DNA of 64,000 nt from Clostridia bacterium (lineage in GTDB: Bacteria > Bacillota > Clostridia > Christensenellales > CAG-138). The notes beneath the pieces are model-generated. The model did no database searches. It saw only the letters and a list, made by a program, of their open reading frames with translations, and was not told where the DNA came from. Location of the stretch: contig JAVBWI010000027.1 in the NCBI GenBank assembly GCA_036677445.1, positions 21,453 through 85,452 of the forward strand, given 5' to 3'. The position numbers and the translations under genes were made by a program. Shown here piece by piece: positions 18,235 through 27,705 of the stretch (position 1 is its first letter; each line of letters opens with the position of its first letter).

Positions 18235-20847
18235 ATGAGAAGAAAGCCGGTCGCAATCATAGCGGGCGTCCTCGCCTGGCTGATGCTGTGTGGTACGGCG
18301 CTTGCCGCCAGCGTGGACATAGACGACAGCAACAAATCAGTCTACGCCAACGGAAACGCCATCACAATCAAGGCGGACGACGCGGACCCTGCCAAAACCA
18401 TTGTGACCGCGGATGATCCAACCGTAACCGTTGACAGCAACAAGAACATCACAAACTATACCATTTACGGCGGCTGGAAGGATGCCAACGACACCGCCGG
18501 AGGTACATCCATCACGATTGAAGGCGGTACCGTTAACGACGTGTATGGCGGCGGCCACGCTACGGCAACAAACAACCAAACCAGCAACGCCAACGTTACA
18601 GGCGACACAAGCATTGTTGTCAACGGCGGCACCGTGACAGGCGACATTTTTGGCGGCGGCGATGCGGACAGTACTGCCGGCGGCTCTGGTCTTCAGTTTA
18701 ATAATGAAGCCAAGGCATATGCAAATGTAACCGGCAGTACCAGCATCGAAATCAACGGCGGGACTGTTGAAGGCTCCATACACGGCGGCGGCGATGCAGA
18801 TGCTACCGACAAGAGTGTTCGTGGTACTGCTTCTGCCCAAGCAAATGTAACCGGCAGCACCAGCATTGTAGTAAGCGGCGGTGAAGTGGGCGGTTCTGTT
18901 TATGGCGGCGGCGATAAGGAGACTACTAACGACATTTTGGGTAATGCCAGTGCCCAAGCCGATGTCGGCAGTACCGATATCGATATCACCGGCAGCACCG
19001 TCGGCGGCGACGTTTACGGCGGCAGCAGAGACGGCGGTATCAGCGGCAGCACCGATGTCGATATCTCTGACAGTTCTGTCGGCGGCTCCGTCTACGGCGG
19101 CAGCGAAAAAGGCACCGTCACGGGCAGTACCGCTGTCATCGTCAAAGATGACAGTACGGTTTCCGGCAACGTCTACGGCGGCGGCAGGAACGGCAACGTC
19201 GGCGGCAGTACCAGCGTCGGCATCACCGACAGCACGGTTAACGGCGATGTCTATGGCGGCAGCCGCGACGGCGATGTCGGCGGCAATACCGATGTAGCGA
19301 TCACCGGAAGCAGTGTAACAGGCAATGTATACGGCGGTGGCCAGGGTGTCTTACTTAATCCATCCGACATAGGCGGCACCACCAATGTTACTGTTATTAA
19401 CAGCACCGTCGGCGAAATCTACGGCGGCGGTGACCGCAGTAACGCAAGCGGGACATCGGTCACCATGGGGGGTACAACCGCAGCCACAGCCATCTATGCG
19501 GGCAGCCGCAACAGCGGCTGGAGCAGCTCGGCCTCCATCGTGATCACGGGCGGCACGCTATCCACCGGCAATGTTTACGGGTGGGGACGCGAGCACGATT
19601 GCCGGGCAAACATCACCACCATATCGGTGTCTTCGCTTACCGCGCGCAACTTTACCTTCTGGCTTCACCGGGACTTGAACCCGATACCGGCCATTCCGTT
19701 ATCGGGCAATTTGCAGTGGGACAGCGTAGCAAGAACAGATGCCGATCCGATTAAGGATCTCTTCCGTTTGCTGCTTCCCTACAGATTGACGCAGCCCGCC
19801 CCGCGTACGGTAACCGTCACCTTTTATTATAAGGTTGGTGGCACTACCGTTCACACAGAAGTGCATCCGTTGACCGTAGCGCCCGGCGAAAGCCAGACCG
19901 CCACCCCTATGTGGGACGGCGACGGCTACTACGATATTACCGGTAATACGGAGCCTGTAACAGTGGATTTCGGGTCTGCAAACCAGACCAGGGATATTGC
20001 GGTAACGCCCAAGACGGACACTGTGACTGTTACGTTCATATTTAAAAACGGTACGTCGGAAGTGAGCAGGCAGCAGGTCGAGTCGGAAGTGCTTTCGGTC
20101 AACAAGCTGTCCTCGACCGTGCGTGGCTCCCGCACGGAAGACGAGCACTATGAAGCCGCGGAATCCGACGTGGACGTGCAGTTCGGTCAGGCCGACTTTG
20201 AGAAGGAAGTGCAGCTCACGCCCAAGACGGACACGGTGACCGTTACGTTCATATTTAAGAACGGAACATCGGAAGTGAGCAGGCAACAGGTCGAGTCGGA
20301 AGTGCTTTCGGTCAACAAGCTGTCCTCGACCGTGCGTGGCTCCCGTGTGGAAGACGAGCACTATGAAGCCGCGGAATCCAACGTGGACGTGCAGTTCGGT
20401 CAGGCCGACTTTGAGAAGGAAGTACAGCTCACGCCCAAGACCAGAACCGTCACCGTCGTGTTCAATTATCTCTATCGCGGCAACGTCGTCCACTCCGAGA
20501 GTATACCGGTTGATGTCACCTACGGCGAAGCGCCCCGTGACATCTACCCCACCGCATGGGATGGCGACGGTCGTTACATCGTACCTTCCGAGATTGATCC
20601 CGCATCGGTCGACTTCCTGTATAACGGAGATCAGATGGTCATTCAAATCGACGTCAGGCGCGTCGCCAGAGACGATGACGATGACGAGCTCCCGCTCGGC
20701 CCCGGTACGACGGAAGAAGGCGCACAAGGCATCCCGCTTGGCGTGCCCCGCACCGACAACACGTCTTCGGCCAGCCTGCTGCTGACCATACTCGCATTCG
20801 CGTGCCTCGCAATGATCGCGGCGCTGAGAAAGGCCAACAAAGAGTAA
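18235..20847 (+). CDS. Large secreted Gly-rich repeat surface protein with sortase-like C-terminal anchor
   Basis: Signal peptide (..GTALA), many G-x-VYGG repeats, about 70-aa stalk repeats, VPRTD + hydrophobic segment + RKANKE tail; AAGGAGG RBS. Confidence 0.85.
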   Translation: MRRKPVAIIAGVLAWLMLCGTALAASVDIDDSNKSVYANGNAITIKADDADPAKTIVTADDPTVTVDSNKNITNYTIYGGWKDANDTAGGTSITIEGGTVNDVYGGGHATATNNQTSNANVTGDTSIVVNGGTVTGDIFGGGDADSTAGGSGLQFNNEAKAYANVTGSTSIEINGGTVEGSIHGGGDADATDKSVRGTASAQANVTGSTSIVVSGGEVGGSVYGGGDKETTNDILGNASAQADVGSTDIDITGSTVGGDVYGGSRDGGISGSTDVDISDSSVGGSVYGGSEKGTVTGSTAVIVKDDSTVSGNVYGGGRNGNVGGSTSVGITDSTVNGDVYGGSRDGDVGGNTDVAITGSSVTGNVYGGGQGVLLNPSDIGGTTNVTVINSTVGEIYGGGDRSNASGTSVTMGGTTAATAIYAGSRNSGWSSSASIVITGGTLSTGNVYGWGREHDCRANITTISVSSLTARNFTFWLHRDLNPIPAIPLSGNLQWDSVARTDADPIKDLFRLLLPYRLTQPAPRTVTVTFYYKVGGTTVHTEVHPLTVAPGESQTATPMWDGDGYYDITGNTEPVTVDFGSANQTRDIAVTPKTDTVTVTFIFKNGTSEVSRQQVESEVLSVNKLSSTVRGSRTEDEHYEAAESDVDVQFGQADFEKEVQLTPKTDTVTVTFIFKNGTSEVSRQQVESEVLSVNKLSSTVRGSRVEDEHYEAAESNVDVQFGQADFEKEVQLTPKTRTVTVVFNYLYRGNVVHSESIPVDVTYGEAPRDIYPTAWDGDGRYIVPSEIDPASVDFLYNGDQMVIQIDVRRVARDDDDDELPLGPGTTEEGAQGIPLGVPRTDNTSSASLLLTILAFACLAMIAALRKANKE
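20008..20433 (+). repeat. Near-identical 213 bp (71 aa) tandem duplication within the surface protein
   Basis: CCCAAGAC starts at 20008, 20221 and 20434; PKTDTVTVTFIFKNG...EKEVQLT occurs twice. Confidence 0.95.
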
Positions 20848-20866
20848 TACTGCGCATTCAACCTGC

Positions 20867-20898
20867 AGCCGCTCCGCGTTCACACGGAGCGGCTTTTT
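20867..20898 (+). terminator. Intrinsic terminator
   Basis: AGCCGCTCCG-N8-CGGAGCGGCT followed by TTTTT. Confidence 0.85.
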
Positions 20899-20964
20899 TA
20901 TACGTAAAAACCCGCCCCAAAACGCGCGGCACGCGCATATGCTGTACGGAAAGGAGTGACGTGA

Positions 20965-21426
20965 ATGTTTGAAAAGCGAAACGCGCGCGCCCGTGCACAG
21001 GCACAGCTTCGGGGCGCACCGGAATACCCCGAGATACACGGTACGGTAACTTTGAAGGCGGTGGATCGCGGTACGCTGGTCATTACGGAGGTGTTCGGCT
21101 TGCCCCATACGCCCGGCGCATGCAACGCGCGGGTGTTCGCGCTGCACATTCATGAAGGGAAAAGCTGCACGGGAAACGCAACCGATCCTTTTGCGGATGC
21201 CGGCGGGCATTACAACCCGCAGAATTGCGAACACCCCCAGCACGCGGGCGACCTGCCCCCTCTCTTTGCCAATGCAGGCTATGCGTGGGGCGCGGTGGTA
21301 ACAGACCGTTTTTCCGTGGAAGAGGTCATCGGCCGCGCGGTGATCCTGCATGCGGGCGTGGACGATTTCACCTCGCAGCCGGCAGGCAACGCCGGCGCGA
21401 AAATCGCCTGCGGGATCATACGGTAG
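20965..21426 (+). CDS. sodC: Cu/Zn superoxide dismutase family protein, no signal peptide
   Basis: LHIHE, GGHYNP, EHP, HAGDL, VILH, GNAGAKIACG; metal ligands appear complete. Confidence 0.88.
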   Translation: MFEKRNARARAQAQLRGAPEYPEIHGTVTLKAVDRGTLVITEVFGLPHTPGACNARVFALHIHEGKSCTGNATDPFADAGGHYNPQNCEHPQHAGDLPPLFANAGYAWGAVVTDRFSVEEVIGRAVILHAGVDDFTSQPAGNAGAKIACGIIR

Positions 21427-21662
21427 CGCCAAGGTAGCGGTACTATTCACCTGAAATAATTGGTCCTTTTAGAATTGCGCTCTTCGCACAACTGCGGAGG
21501 GTGCAATTTGCGAATTGGCGCGAATTTTATACGGAACGGGCGAAAAAAGGCAGGTCTGGAGACATATCTATCCGGCCGGATTTGACAGCGATGCGCTATA
21601 TATTATAAGATAGAAACAGCATCATTTCATTCATACACATCTTTAGAAAGGGGGCCGAAGAA

Positions 21663-22451
21663 ATGAGAGTTGCTTTGTGCGGCTTGGGAAAAGCAGGAAT
21701 ACAGCTTGTCCGTCTTGCGGTACAGCGGCCCGAGCTGGAGATCGTCATGGCTTTTTGCCGTGACGGGAGCAAAAAAGCGGGCAAGACGATATCGGACGTT
21801 TTCCCCTACAAGGACTTCCCCAGTCCTATCTATGAAATCGGCGGCGCGGACAGCGTATTCGCGCAGGACAGACCGGATGTGGTCATCGATTTTTCCAGCA
21901 ATACGGCGACCATGGAGCTATTGCCGGCATGCGCGAAGCACGGCGTGAAAATGGTCGTCTGCACCACCAATTTTACGGATGAAGATATGCTTCTTATGCA
22001 GCATACGGCCAGAAACACACCGGGCTTTTCACTGGTGTACGCGCCCAACATTACGCTCGGGGTCAACGTGCTGATGATGCTCACGGAACAAACGGCGCGC
22101 TGCCTGCCGGAATTCGATTACGCCATTACCGAAAAGCACCACAGCCGCAAGGCGGACGTATCCGCCACGGCAAGAAAAATCGCCGATAATCTGTCGGAGA
22201 TACTGGGCAGACCCATATCGGTCAATTCCATACGCGCGGGCGGGTATGTCGGCCTGCACGAGGTGATGGCGGTGAGCGAATACGAGCGGATCACCATCAT
22301 ACACGAATCCTTTTCGCGGCAGGCGTTTGCAAGCGGCGCGGTCATTGCGGCCGATTATCTGCTTACCCGGGAGGGATACTTCGAAATGCGCGACGTCGTG
22401 GCCGATTATTTCGGCGACAGGCTCGCGTGCCCAAGTCCATTGCCTGCCTGA
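21663..22451 (+). CDS. dapB: DapB-like 4-hydroxy-tetrahydrodipicolinate reductase
   Basis: GLGKAG, VVIDFS, VVCTT, APNITLGVN, EKHHSRK, HESFSRQAFASG. Confidence 0.75.
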   Translation: MRVALCGLGKAGIQLVRLAVQRPELEIVMAFCRDGSKKAGKTISDVFPYKDFPSPIYEIGGADSVFAQDRPDVVIDFSSNTATMELLPACAKHGVKMVVCTTNFTDEDMLLMQHTARNTPGFSLVYAPNITLGVNVLMMLTEQTARCLPEFDYAITEKHHSRKADVSATARKIADNLSEILGRPISVNSIRAGGYVGLHEVMAVSEYERITIIHESFSRQAFASGAVIAADYLLTREGYFEMRDVVADYFGDRLACPSPLPA

Positions 22452-22518
22452 ATGGCGGCTGGATAAACTTATACAAAAAGTATGAAGCGGAGGGATGTCG
22501 GTATCCCTCCGTCCCAAG

Positions 22519-22709
22519 TGTCAAAAAAGTGCTGCAGCACTTTTTTGAGCTTTACACAGGAACTGCCTGTACCTGAAGGTACGGTCGGCAGTTCCTGAGA
22601 GGAAAGCCTTGCGCCGCAAGGCTTTTCGCTCACGCCGCACATGTCGCCGCTCGCGAAAAAAAACCTCCGGGGACAGCGGTCCCCGAAACCTCTAAAAAGT
22701 TATTTGATA
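22519..22709. repeat. Dispersed multi-hairpin repeat family A, copy 1
   Basis: TGTCAAAAAAGTGC..GCACTTTTTTGA, CAGGAAC..GTTCCTG, AAAGCCTTGCGnnGCAAGGCTTT, CGCACATGTCG; ends TTTGATA. Confidence 0.9.
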
Positions 22710-22813
22710 AGCTGGGGCGAAGGAATGGCAGTATCCCTCCGCCCCAGCTTTACCTATGCATCGTAATGTTACCGGCTTGTCTATGCATATGCTCATCAAT
22801 CACAGGGAATAGA

Positions 22814-22841
22814 CATAACCGCCCGCCTTCGCTCATAAGCT
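22814..22841 (+). promoter_or_regulatory. Putative sigma-E promoter of spoIIID
   Basis: CATA..16 bp..CATAAGCT fits ATA-N16-18-CATAnnnT; spoIIID is sigma-E dependent in Bacillota. Confidence 0.45.
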
Positions 22842-22870
22842 GTAATAGCTTGTTCGAGGGGGTAGGGTGC

Positions 22871-23185
22871 ATGCGCAGCAAACAGCAGGGCAGCCAAGAG
22901 CGGACATGGGGAAGAGCGTCCGACGCATATATAGAGGAACGGGTACTGCAGGTGGCCGGATATATCGTAGAAAACGGCGCCACCGTGCGCGACGCCGCCA
23001 AGGTATTCAAGGTAAGCAAATCCACCGTACACAAGGACGTTTCCGAGCGCCTGTGCGGCATCAACCCCACGCTTGCGCGCGAGGTGCGGCAGGTGCTGGA
23101 TATCAATAAAGCGGAACGGCATATCCGCGGGGGTCAGGCGACCTGCCGCAAATACCGCGAGCAGGGCGAGGCCGCGGCGCATTAA
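22871..23185 (+). CDS. spoIIID: Sporulation transcription regulator SpoIIID
   Basis: YIEERV..ATVRDAAKVFKVSKSTVHKDVSERL..KAERHIRGGQAT. Confidence 0.95.
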   Translation: MRSKQQGSQERTWGRASDAYIEERVLQVAGYIVENGATVRDAAKVFKVSKSTVHKDVSERLCGINPTLAREVRQVLDINKAERHIRGGQATCRKYREQGEAAAH

Positions 23186-23853
23186 TCGCGCGCCTGGGAT
23201 TGCGCATGCGTCAGCGGCGCCGCACAGGCGCACGCGGCGTATACGCGTGCCGCACCCGCGTTTTTAAGCGCCGCCGCGCATGCACATAGCGTGCTGCCGG
23301 TGGTCACGACGTCGTCCACCAAAAGCAGCGCGCGGCCGCGGGCCGCGGGCGACGCCCGAAAAGCGCCCCGGACATTGGAGGCGCGCATATGCGCAGGCAA
23401 CTGTGCCTGCGAACAGGTATCCATGATACGCGTAAGCAAGCTCTCTTCTATCGGCACATCATATCTTTTGGCTAAAACGCGCGTGAGCAGCATGCTCTGA
23501 TTATATCCGCGCGTTTTTTGCCTGCCGGCATACAGCGGCACGGGCAGGATAGCATCGATGGTCCATTGGGCAGGCAGCCGCATGCAGGCGGCAAAACTGC
23601 GCGCCAGATACCGCGCATTGCCGTATTTGAAGCGGTGCATGGCGGCGTGCAGCGCCTCGCAGTACACAAGCCCCGCGTACAGGCCTGAAAGCCCCTGCGG
23701 CGGGTCCAGCAACCCCGCAGGATGAATGCGCGCCGCGCAGGCCGCGCACAGGCCGTTTTCATCCACATGCGCCTGCCGGTCGCAGGCGAAGCAGGCCACA
23801 TCCGGCGGATACAGCACGTCGAGCAAACGATCCCATACAACCCCGGCCTTCAT
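23182..23853 (-). CDS. comF: ComF family phosphoribosyltransferase-like protein
   Basis: N-terminal CxxC..CxxC, RGYNQS, LLVDDVVTTGST; ATGA overlap with recD2. Confidence 0.88.
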   Translation of the reverse strand: MKAGVVWDRLLDVLYPPDVACFACDRQAHVDENGLCAACAARIHPAGLLDPPQGLSGLYAGLVYCEALHAAMHRFKYGNARYLARSFAACMRLPAQWTIDAILPVPLYAGRQKTRGYNQSMLLTRVLAKRYDVPIEESLLTRIMDTCSQAQLPAHMRASNVRGAFRASPAARGRALLLVDDVVTTGSTLCACAAALKNAGAARVYAACACAAPLTHAQSQARD

Positions 23854-26078
23854 ACATCCCTCTCCTGCAGCATCAATGGCGCCAGCTCGCTCATGCGCAC
23901 GCCCATCGCGCTGTAGCGCTTGCGCATGCGCTTGTTTTCCACCATTTGCAGCACGCTGTCCCACCGGCCGACGATGACGACCTGCGCGCGCGCGCGGGTG
24001 ACGGCCGTATACAGGAGATTGCGGGTCATTAGCATGGGCGGCCCGGAAAACAGCGGCAGTACCACCACGGGGAACTCGCTGCCCTGGCTTTTGTGTATGG
24101 AAATGCAGTAGGCAAGCTCCAGCTCGTCCAGCTGATTGAAGGTGTAGCTGGCCATGCGCTCGTCGTCAAACAGCACGTCAAGCGATTGCTCCACCATATC
24201 CATACGGAAAATGGTGCCAAGGTCCCCGTTGTATACGCCCGTACCCAGCTCCGGCGCGCCGTCGTTTTTTGTCCGCGACCATTCCATGCGGTAATCGTTC
24301 TTGATCTGCATGATCTTGTCGCCTTCACGGAATACGGCGTCGCCATACTCCCGCTCCGCCTTGTGGGGCGCGGGCGGATTGAGCGCGGCCTGCAGCCGCG
24401 CGTTGAGGTTTCTGACGCCCAGCGGCCCTTTCTTCGTAGGGGAAAGCACCTGAATATCCTTTTGCGGGTCGCGTGTGAACAGCGCCGCATCCCCGCCGCT
24501 GTACAGCGCGATCACACGGGAAAGCGCCTGCTCCGTCGCCGGGCAGGAAAGGAAAGTAAAATCCGATTCCGGTTCGGGCATGGGCGGCTCGCCCGCGTTG
24601 ATGCGGTGCGCGTTTTGCGCAATGCCGCTGCGGCCGGCCTGCCGGTAAATTTCCGTCAGCCGTATCACGGGCAGCGCGCCGCTCTCTATGATATCGTGCA
24701 GCACCGTACCCGCGCCCACCGGCGGGAGCTGATCCGCGTCGCCCACCATCACAAGGCGCGTACCGGCGGGCAGCGCGCGCAGCAGCGCGTACAGCAGCGG
24801 CAGGTCCACCATGCTCATCTCGTCCACGACGACCATATCGTAAAACAGCGGGTTGTCCTCGTTGCGCGCAAAGCGCGGCTGGCCTTCGCCACCGTATTCC
24901 AGCAGCCTGTGGATGGTGGCCGCCTCGAAGCCCGTCGCCTCCGTCATGCGCTTGGCGGCGCGGCCCGTGGGCGCGCACAGCGTAAAATCCAGCCCCAGCC
25001 GCGTCATAATGTGCAGGATAAATTGCAGTATCGTCGTCTTTCCTGTGCCGGGGCCGCCGGTGATGACCATTGCGCCCTCGCGCAAGGCACAAAGCACCGC
25101 CCTGCGCTGCTCGGACGCAAGCTCTATTAAAAGCTCCCGTTCCAGCGCCGCGAGCTCCCGCGGGAGGTCGATTGTCGCATCCTCCTCCGGCGCGTGCGCG
25201 AGCAGCAGCAGCCTTCTTGCGCAGTCCTTTTCCATATGGTGCAGCGCGGGCAGGTATACCGCGTCGGTCTCGCCCGCCATGGAATAATGCAGTGACCCGT
25301 CGAGTATGAGCGAATCGAGCGCCTCGTCGACCGGCTCCATTGCGGCGCCAAGCATCTCCGCAGCGCCCTGGAGCAGCGCTTCGCGCGGAAGGTAGGTATG
25401 CCCTTCCTGCCGCGCCCAAATGAGCATATAGCGCACCCCCGCGCGCAGCCTCCGCTGCGACTCCGGCTCAATGCCCATGTTCTGCGCGATCTTGTCCGCC
25501 GTTTTGAAGCCGATGCCCTCCACATCCTCCACCAGACTGTAGGGGTTTTCCTGCACGCGCAGCAGGCAGCCCGCGCCATAGAGCTGGTAGAGCTGCATCC
25601 CCTGCCTCACGGTAATGCCATAGCCTGAAAGCGTCATCATCACGTCGCGCATGGCGCGCTGTTCATAATAAGAGGCGGCAATGCCCGCCGCGCGCGCACG
25701 GCCGATGCCGGGAATTTCCTGCAGGCGCTCCGGCGCGTTTTCCAGGACGTTGAGCGTGTCCAGCCCGAAATGCTGCAGGATATTCCTGGCCGTAGCCTCC
25801 CCTACGCCCTTGATGAGCCCGCTGCCCAAATAGCTTTGCAGCGCCGAGAGCGTGGCCGGCGCGACCGTTTTGCAGGAGTCCGCTTTAAACTGGCGGCCAT
25901 AGCTTTTGTGCTCGACATAGCCGCCGATAAGCTCCACGCGCTCGCCGGGGCTCGGAAGCGGCAGCGCGCCCACGGCTGTGATCTCCTCGCCGGCATCGTC
26001 GACAAGCTCCAGCACCGTCCAGCCGTTTTCCGCGTTGCGATAAATGATACGCTTGACCTCGCCCATGAGCTGTTCCAT
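23850..26078 (-). CDS. recD2: ATP-dependent RecD-like DNA helicase
   Basis: IIYRNAENGWTV, GGPGTGKTT, VVDEMSM, AYCISIHKSQGSEF, RNLLYTAVTRA. Confidence 0.95.
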   Translation of the reverse strand: MEQLMGEVKRIIYRNAENGWTVLELVDDAGEEITAVGALPLPSPGERVELIGGYVEHKSYGRQFKADSCKTVAPATLSALQSYLGSGLIKGVGEATARNILQHFGLDTLNVLENAPERLQEIPGIGRARAAGIAASYYEQRAMRDVMMTLSGYGITVRQGMQLYQLYGAGCLLRVQENPYSLVEDVEGIGFKTADKIAQNMGIEPESQRRLRAGVRYMLIWARQEGHTYLPREALLQGAAEMLGAAMEPVDEALDSLILDGSLHYSMAGETDAVYLPALHHMEKDCARRLLLLAHAPEEDATIDLPRELAALERELLIELASEQRRAVLCALREGAMVITGGPGTGKTTILQFILHIMTRLGLDFTLCAPTGRAAKRMTEATGFEAATIHRLLEYGGEGQPRFARNEDNPLFYDMVVVDEMSMVDLPLLYALLRALPAGTRLVMVGDADQLPPVGAGTVLHDIIESGALPVIRLTEIYRQAGRSGIAQNAHRINAGEPPMPEPESDFTFLSCPATEQALSRVIALYSGGDAALFTRDPQKDIQVLSPTKKGPLGVRNLNARLQAALNPPAPHKAEREYGDAVFREGDKIMQIKNDYRMEWSRTKNDGAPELGTGVYNGDLGTIFRMDMVEQSLDVLFDDERMASYTFNQLDELELAYCISIHKSQGSEFPVVVLPLFSGPPMLMTRNLLYTAVTRARAQVVIVGRWDSVLQMVENKRMRKRYSAMGVRMSELAPLMLQERDV

Positions 26079-26383
26079 GATTCCTCCCCGCATTTGCTCC
26101 TTGCGCAGGACTTTTTGCCCGCTCTGCATACTCCATTTTATTATAAAGGCTTTGTAGAGCGATTGCCAGTTTTGCAAAAAGTCCGGCCGCCTATAAAAAG
26201 CGTCACATCAACAAAAGTTTAAGCATTTGGGAAGCGGTTTTCAGCTGATAAATGCCGGGCGGCACTGCAAAAGGTTTATATCGCATTTATCCAAATTTTA
26301 CGCCGCATGGCGGGTTTTAGAGGGCGTAGCATATGTGTTTTCGGGTAACATAGAAAGCAGAATGATTTGTATGTCAGGAGTGT

Positions 26384-27007
26384 ATGCGTTTGCGGCTTGG
26401 AATCGTATTGTTGTGGTGTCTGTTTTTACTGTGTATTACGCGTACCGCGCAGCGCCCCTTGGCGGCGCTGTCGCTGCGCGATTCTTCCTGGGCGGCGCTG
26501 TCGCTGCTCTTATTATGCGCGAACGCTTTCGTGTTTCGCCCTGTCACCGAATTTGCGCTTAACCCCGCCGCGTTGATATTGTGCATCGCGACCGGTGCGG
26601 CCGCATCCAGGAACTGCAAAGGCATGCGCGTGATGCAGGCGATCGCCTGCGCCGTGCCCGCCTCGCTGTGCATGCTTGCGCTTTCGCGGCTGCAAACCGC
26701 CGGCGTCATCGCGCTGCCCGAACCGGGGCTGTTTTTGGCGCTTGCCGGTCTGCTGTTTTTGCTGCCGCTGCGCGAGGCGCCTGCCGCCGCGCTGTTTGGT
26801 ATGTCGGTCGCGCCAATATTGTTGGGCTTCTGGAACGCGGGTCTGGATTTGTACTCCTTTGGCTATACGGTGATGGATATCGGCTTGGATCTCGCGTTTG
26901 ACGCGCAGGTCGCCGGATTATTTTTAGCAGGTATGCTGTTTTCGCTGCTCGCTTACCGGAAACGGCCCGCCGAACATATGCCCCAAAATTCGCGCGCGAC
27001 TCCCTGA
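26384..27007 (+). CDS. Hypothetical multi-pass membrane protein
   Basis: AGGAG RBS, 207 aa with several hydrophobic segments; no recognised motif. Confidence 0.6.
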   Translation: MRLRLGIVLLWCLFLLCITRTAQRPLAALSLRDSSWAALSLLLLCANAFVFRPVTEFALNPAALILCIATGAAASRNCKGMRVMQAIACAVPASLCMLALSRLQTAGVIALPEPGLFLALAGLLFLLPLREAPAAALFGMSVAPILLGFWNAGLDLYSFGYTVMDIGLDLAFDAQVAGLFLAGMLFSLLAYRKRPAEHMPQNSRATP

Positions 27008-27189
27008 GGCGTCACTTTACAAACCCTCCATGAGAGTTGTGGGGGCGTAGAATACCCCCACGTTTAATCCAATTTGCCGCCATGAGCGGCATTTTAACCA
27101 ACAGAAAACCCATCGACCAAGTCCGCAGGACTTTGTCGATGGCCTGAAGCGGGCGCCTATGACGCCCGCTCTTTTATATATGCCAATGC

Positions 27190-27705
27190 TTATTCCGCGG
27201 GTTCCGGGGGAAAATTGTTATAGATTCGCACGGCGTATACATTGCCGCTGGAAATATCGTCCTCCGTGTAGCCGGAAACGGCGTTGCCAACTTCAAACTC
27301 ATCGCTCACCAGCTGCTCCTCCATGGGCAGCGCGTTTGGGCCGGGAATGCCGTACAGGGTATCCGCATCCACAGCGACCCATAGATCGCCTATGCGGAAC
27401 GACTGCCCGCCGGGCGCGACCTCGTCGATGATCCCGTCGATGTTGACGATGCCCTTCGCGGCGACGGCGGGCGGCTGTGTGCTTTGCCCCGGAGCGATTC
27501 CACCCCGGTTCATGGAGAATATGCCGACCGCCAGCAGCAGGCAGGCGGCGATGCCGCCGCAGATTGCGGTTATTTTCTTTCTGTTCATAAAATGTATTTC
27601 CTTCTTTCTTCGTTGTTGGTCCAAGAGCGCCAGCGTCCTTTTTTCAAAATCGGCGCCGGGCCGCACATGGTCGAATGCCGTTTTATACTGTTGTTCATCG
27701 CTCAT
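27190..27705 (-). CDS. Putative single-pass anti-sigma factor
   Basis: Overlaps the ECF sigma 3' end; charged N-terminus, one TM (ITAICGGIAACLLLAVGIF), extracytoplasmic C-terminal domain. Confidence 0.65.
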   Translation of the reverse strand: MSDEQQYKTAFDHVRPGADFEKRTLALLDQQRRKKEIHFMNRKKITAICGGIAACLLLAVGIFSMNRGGIAPGQSTQPPAVAAKGIVNIDGIIDEVAPGGQSFRIGDLWVAVDADTLYGIPGPNALPMEEQLVSDEFEVGNAVSGYTEDDISSGNVYAVRIYNNFPPEPAE

